In this document: positions 61,967 through 64,000 of the stretch, piece after piece | How positions within the stretch are numbered: position 1 is the first letter of the stretch | Layout of the letters: every line of letters begins with the position of its first letter | NCBI GenBank assembly: GCA_963675525.2 | Contig: CAXXSL010000013.1 | Coordinates: 32,001 to 96,000 of the forward strand | DNA: 64,000 bases | Direction: 5' to 3' | Source of the DNA: Anaerohalosphaeraceae bacterium | Lineage (GTDB): Bacteria > Planctomycetota > Phycisphaerae > Sedimentisphaerales > Anaerohalosphaeraceae | Made by a program: the position numbers and the translations under genes | The notes under the pieces: generated by a model | Seen by the model: only the letters and a program-made list of their open reading frames with translations | Told to the model about the DNA's origin: nothing | The model's database searches: none

Positions 61967-61995
61967 TTGACGATTCTGTTTGCTGGCAGTATAAT
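61967..61995 (+). promoter_or_regulatory. Sigma70 promoter of metK
   Basis: TTGACG-N17-TATAAT. Confidence 0.7.
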
Positions 61996-62043
61996 TTTCC
62001 TTTCTGTGATACAATATAATGTTTATATTTAGGAGTCTAAAGG

Positions 62044-63255
62044 ATGTCAGGCAAAAACAGCCCCAATAACAAGACCCGCTTCAATGGAAGAGGGTATTTA
62101 TTCACAAGCGAATCGGTTACCATGGGACATCCGGACAAGGTGGCCGATCAAATCTCGGATGCTATTCTGGATGCGATGTTAGCGCAGGACCCTAACAGCC
62201 GGGTCGCCTGTGAAACTCTGGTTACGACCGGGCTTGCCATGGTGGCCGGTGAAATCACAACAAATGCCTATGTTGATATCCCGGGTGTCGTTCGCAATAC
62301 AATCAAAAAAATTGGATATACCGACCCGGCCATCGGCTTCGATTATGAAAATTGCGCCGTCATCAACAGCATCGGCGAACAAAGTCCCGATATTTCACAA
62401 GGTGTCACCGAAGGAACAGGGCTTCACAGAGAGCAGGGCGCCGGAGATCAAGGCCTGATGTTTGGATTTGCCTGCCGGGAAACACCCGTCCTCATGCCCC
62501 TGCCGATCTATCTGGCCCATAAACTGACCGACCGCCTGGCAAAAGTACGCCAAAGCGAAAAATTGCCATGGCTGCGTCCGGACGGAAAAAGCCAAGTCAC
62601 CATTGAGTACGGCAAGAATGGAAAACCAAAACGGATCCATACAGTCGTTATTTCAACGCAGCATACGGCTGATGTGAAATATAAAACGCTCAAAAAAGAG
62701 ATCATTGAGCAGATCATTATGCCGGTTCTTCCCAAGAAGTTGGTCGATAAGAAGATGATCGTTCATGTCAATCCAACTGGCAAATTCATTGTCGGGGGTC
62801 CCAAGGGCGACTGCGGAGTAACCGGCCGAAAAATCATCGTCGATACTTACGGCGGACGCGGTTGTCACGGCGGCGGCGCCTTCAGTGGAAAAGACCCCTC
62901 AAAGGTAGACCGCAGCGCCAGCTATATGGCACGATATATCGCCAAGAATATTGTCGCCGCAGGTCTGGCCGACGCCTGCGAAGTCCAGTTGTCTTATGCC
63001 ATCGGCGTTGCGAAGCCCCTTTCGGTTCTGGTCGATACCGAAGGTACAGCGAAAGTCGACGAGACATTGATCGAAAAACTCGTTTGTGAACTGTTCCCGC
63101 TGAAACCCCGGGAGATCATCAATCACCTGAAATTAAAGCGGCCGATTTACGAAGAAACCGCCCGCAACGGACACTTTGGGCGAAATCATTCTGATTTTAC
63201 CTGGGAAAAAACAGACATGGCTAACAAACTTCGCAAAGCGGCGGGGCTAAAATAA
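62044..63255 (+). CDS. metK: S-adenosylmethionine synthetase
   Basis: [51 protein letters not shown]. Confidence 0.98.
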   Translation: MSGKNSPNNKTRFNGRGYLFTSESVTMGHPDKVADQISDAILDAMLAQDPNSRVACETLVTTGLAMVAGEITTNAYVDIPGVVRNTIKKIGYTDPAIGFDYENCAVINSIGEQSPDISQGVTEGTGLHREQGAGDQGLMFGFACRETPVLMPLPIYLAHKLTDRLAKVRQSEKLPWLRPDGKSQVTIEYGKNGKPKRIHTVVISTQHTADVKYKTLKKEIIEQIIMPVLPKKLVDKKMIVHVNPTGKFIVGGPKGDCGVTGRKIIVDTYGGRGCHGGGAFSGKDPSKVDRSASYMARYIAKNIVAAGLADACEVQLSYAIGVAKPLSVLVDTEGTAKVDETLIEKLVCELFPLKPREIINHLKLKRPIYEETARNGHFGRNHSDFTWEKTDMANKLRKAAGLK

Positions 63256-63276
63256 ATGCCATACTCACATTAATTT

Positions 63277-63307
63277 AAAAGCCCGGCTTTCATGCCGGGC
63301 TTTTTTT
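63277..63307. terminator. Bidirectional intrinsic terminator
   Basis: aaaagcccggc-tttcat-gccgggc followed by T7. Confidence 0.85.
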
Positions 63308-63333
63308 ATGTTGACGGTAGATTACACAATCCA

Positions 63334-63615
63334 TTAGCGGTACAGGCAAAGATATGATGTATTCTGAGTGACCTTTAAATTAAATTTTTCGCCTGCTTCA
63401 ACGGTAAACGTTTTATCAGGGCCATAGTCCCTCCATTCTTCACTGCCGGGCAGACGGACTGTCAATTGGCCGGTTATGATGGTCATCAGCTCGACGGTAG
63501 ATGTCCCAAATTCATATTCTCCCGGGGCCATTACACCGATCGTCGCCGGCCCATCAGATGTTGTAAAAGCGATGGATTTCACTTTTCCATCGAAATATTC
63601 ATTCGTCTTAAACAT
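63334..63615 (-). CDS. ppnP: Pyrimidine/purine nucleoside phosphorylase (DUF1255)
   Basis: [37 protein letters not shown]. Confidence 0.93.
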   Translation of the reverse strand: MFKTNEYFDGKVKSIAFTTSDGPATIGVMAPGEYEFGTSTVELMTIITGQLTVRLPGSEEWRDYGPDKTFTVEAGEKFNLKVTQNTSYLCLYR

Positions 63616-63635
63616 CTTATTTCCAATCAACGTTA

Positions 63636-64000
63636 TTAGTGCTTAAAGTGGCGTTTTCCGGTGAAGACCATCGCGATACCCAGTTCATCGGCTTTGGCAA
63701 TAACTTCGTCATCTTTCTTGGAACCTCCCGGCTGAACAATACAGGCCACACCGGCTTTGGCGGCATTTTCCACATTATCCGGGAACGGGAAGAACGCATC
63801 GGAACCCATCGCGGAGCCTTTGGCCATTTCACCGGCCATTTTGAAGGAGATCAAGCCGGACTCGACACGATTCATCTGCCCGGCACCAACACCGACCAGT
63901 TTTTTCCCATTGACCAGCGTAATGGTATTGCTCTTGACATGCTTGGCGGTAATCCAGGCAATCCGCAGATCTTCCAGTTGTTCGGGCGTGGGTTTCCGTT
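63636..64000 (-). CDS. purH: Bifunctional AICAR transformylase/IMP cyclohydrolase, C-terminal part (truncated by window edge)
   Basis: [42 protein letters not shown]. Confidence 0.96.
   Translation of the reverse strand, partial: RKPTPEQLEDLRIAWITAKHVKSNTITLVNGKKLVGVGAGQMNRVESGLISFKMAGEMAKGSAMGSDAFFPFPDNVENAAKAGVACIVQPGGSKKDDEVIAKADELGIAMVFTGKRHFKH

Noticed and set aside
61921..62043. SAM riboswitch upstream of metK
   Set aside because: Leader after the promoter is about 40 nt and AT-rich with no SAM-I/II motifs

Overview
Bacterial chromosomal segment, most likely from a planctomycete (Phycisphaerae/Sedimentisphaerales-like; inferred from two DUF1559-type prepilin H-X9-DG genes, a Cys zinc-ribbon-tailed rhomboid, a TM/coiled-coil/BRCT-like protein and the L28 style). 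About two thirds is housekeeping: grpE (partial), ribBA, pdxJ, dapA, panB, tatA/tatC, rpmB, gatCAB, rluB, nnrE, surE, crcB, metK, ppnP, purH (partial) and tRNA-Arg(CCT). An ~18 kb carbohydrate region (13.4-31.7 kb) holds a GH50-MFS-GH42-GH112-GH2 operon, an aldo/keto reductase, an exported lactonase-glutathione peroxidase fusion, GH35 and GH28. The best candidates for undescribed biology are a possibly phosphorolytic route for agar-like or rhamnose-containing galactans, the SMP-30/GPx fusion, a stand-alone archease-RtcB pair, the membrane-anchored BRCT-like protein, a degenerate histidine kinase and several apparently leaderless genes. I found no integrase, transposase, prophage, CRISPR array, rRNA or recognisable riboswitch. 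Family calls come from motifs recognised by eye, not from database searches.
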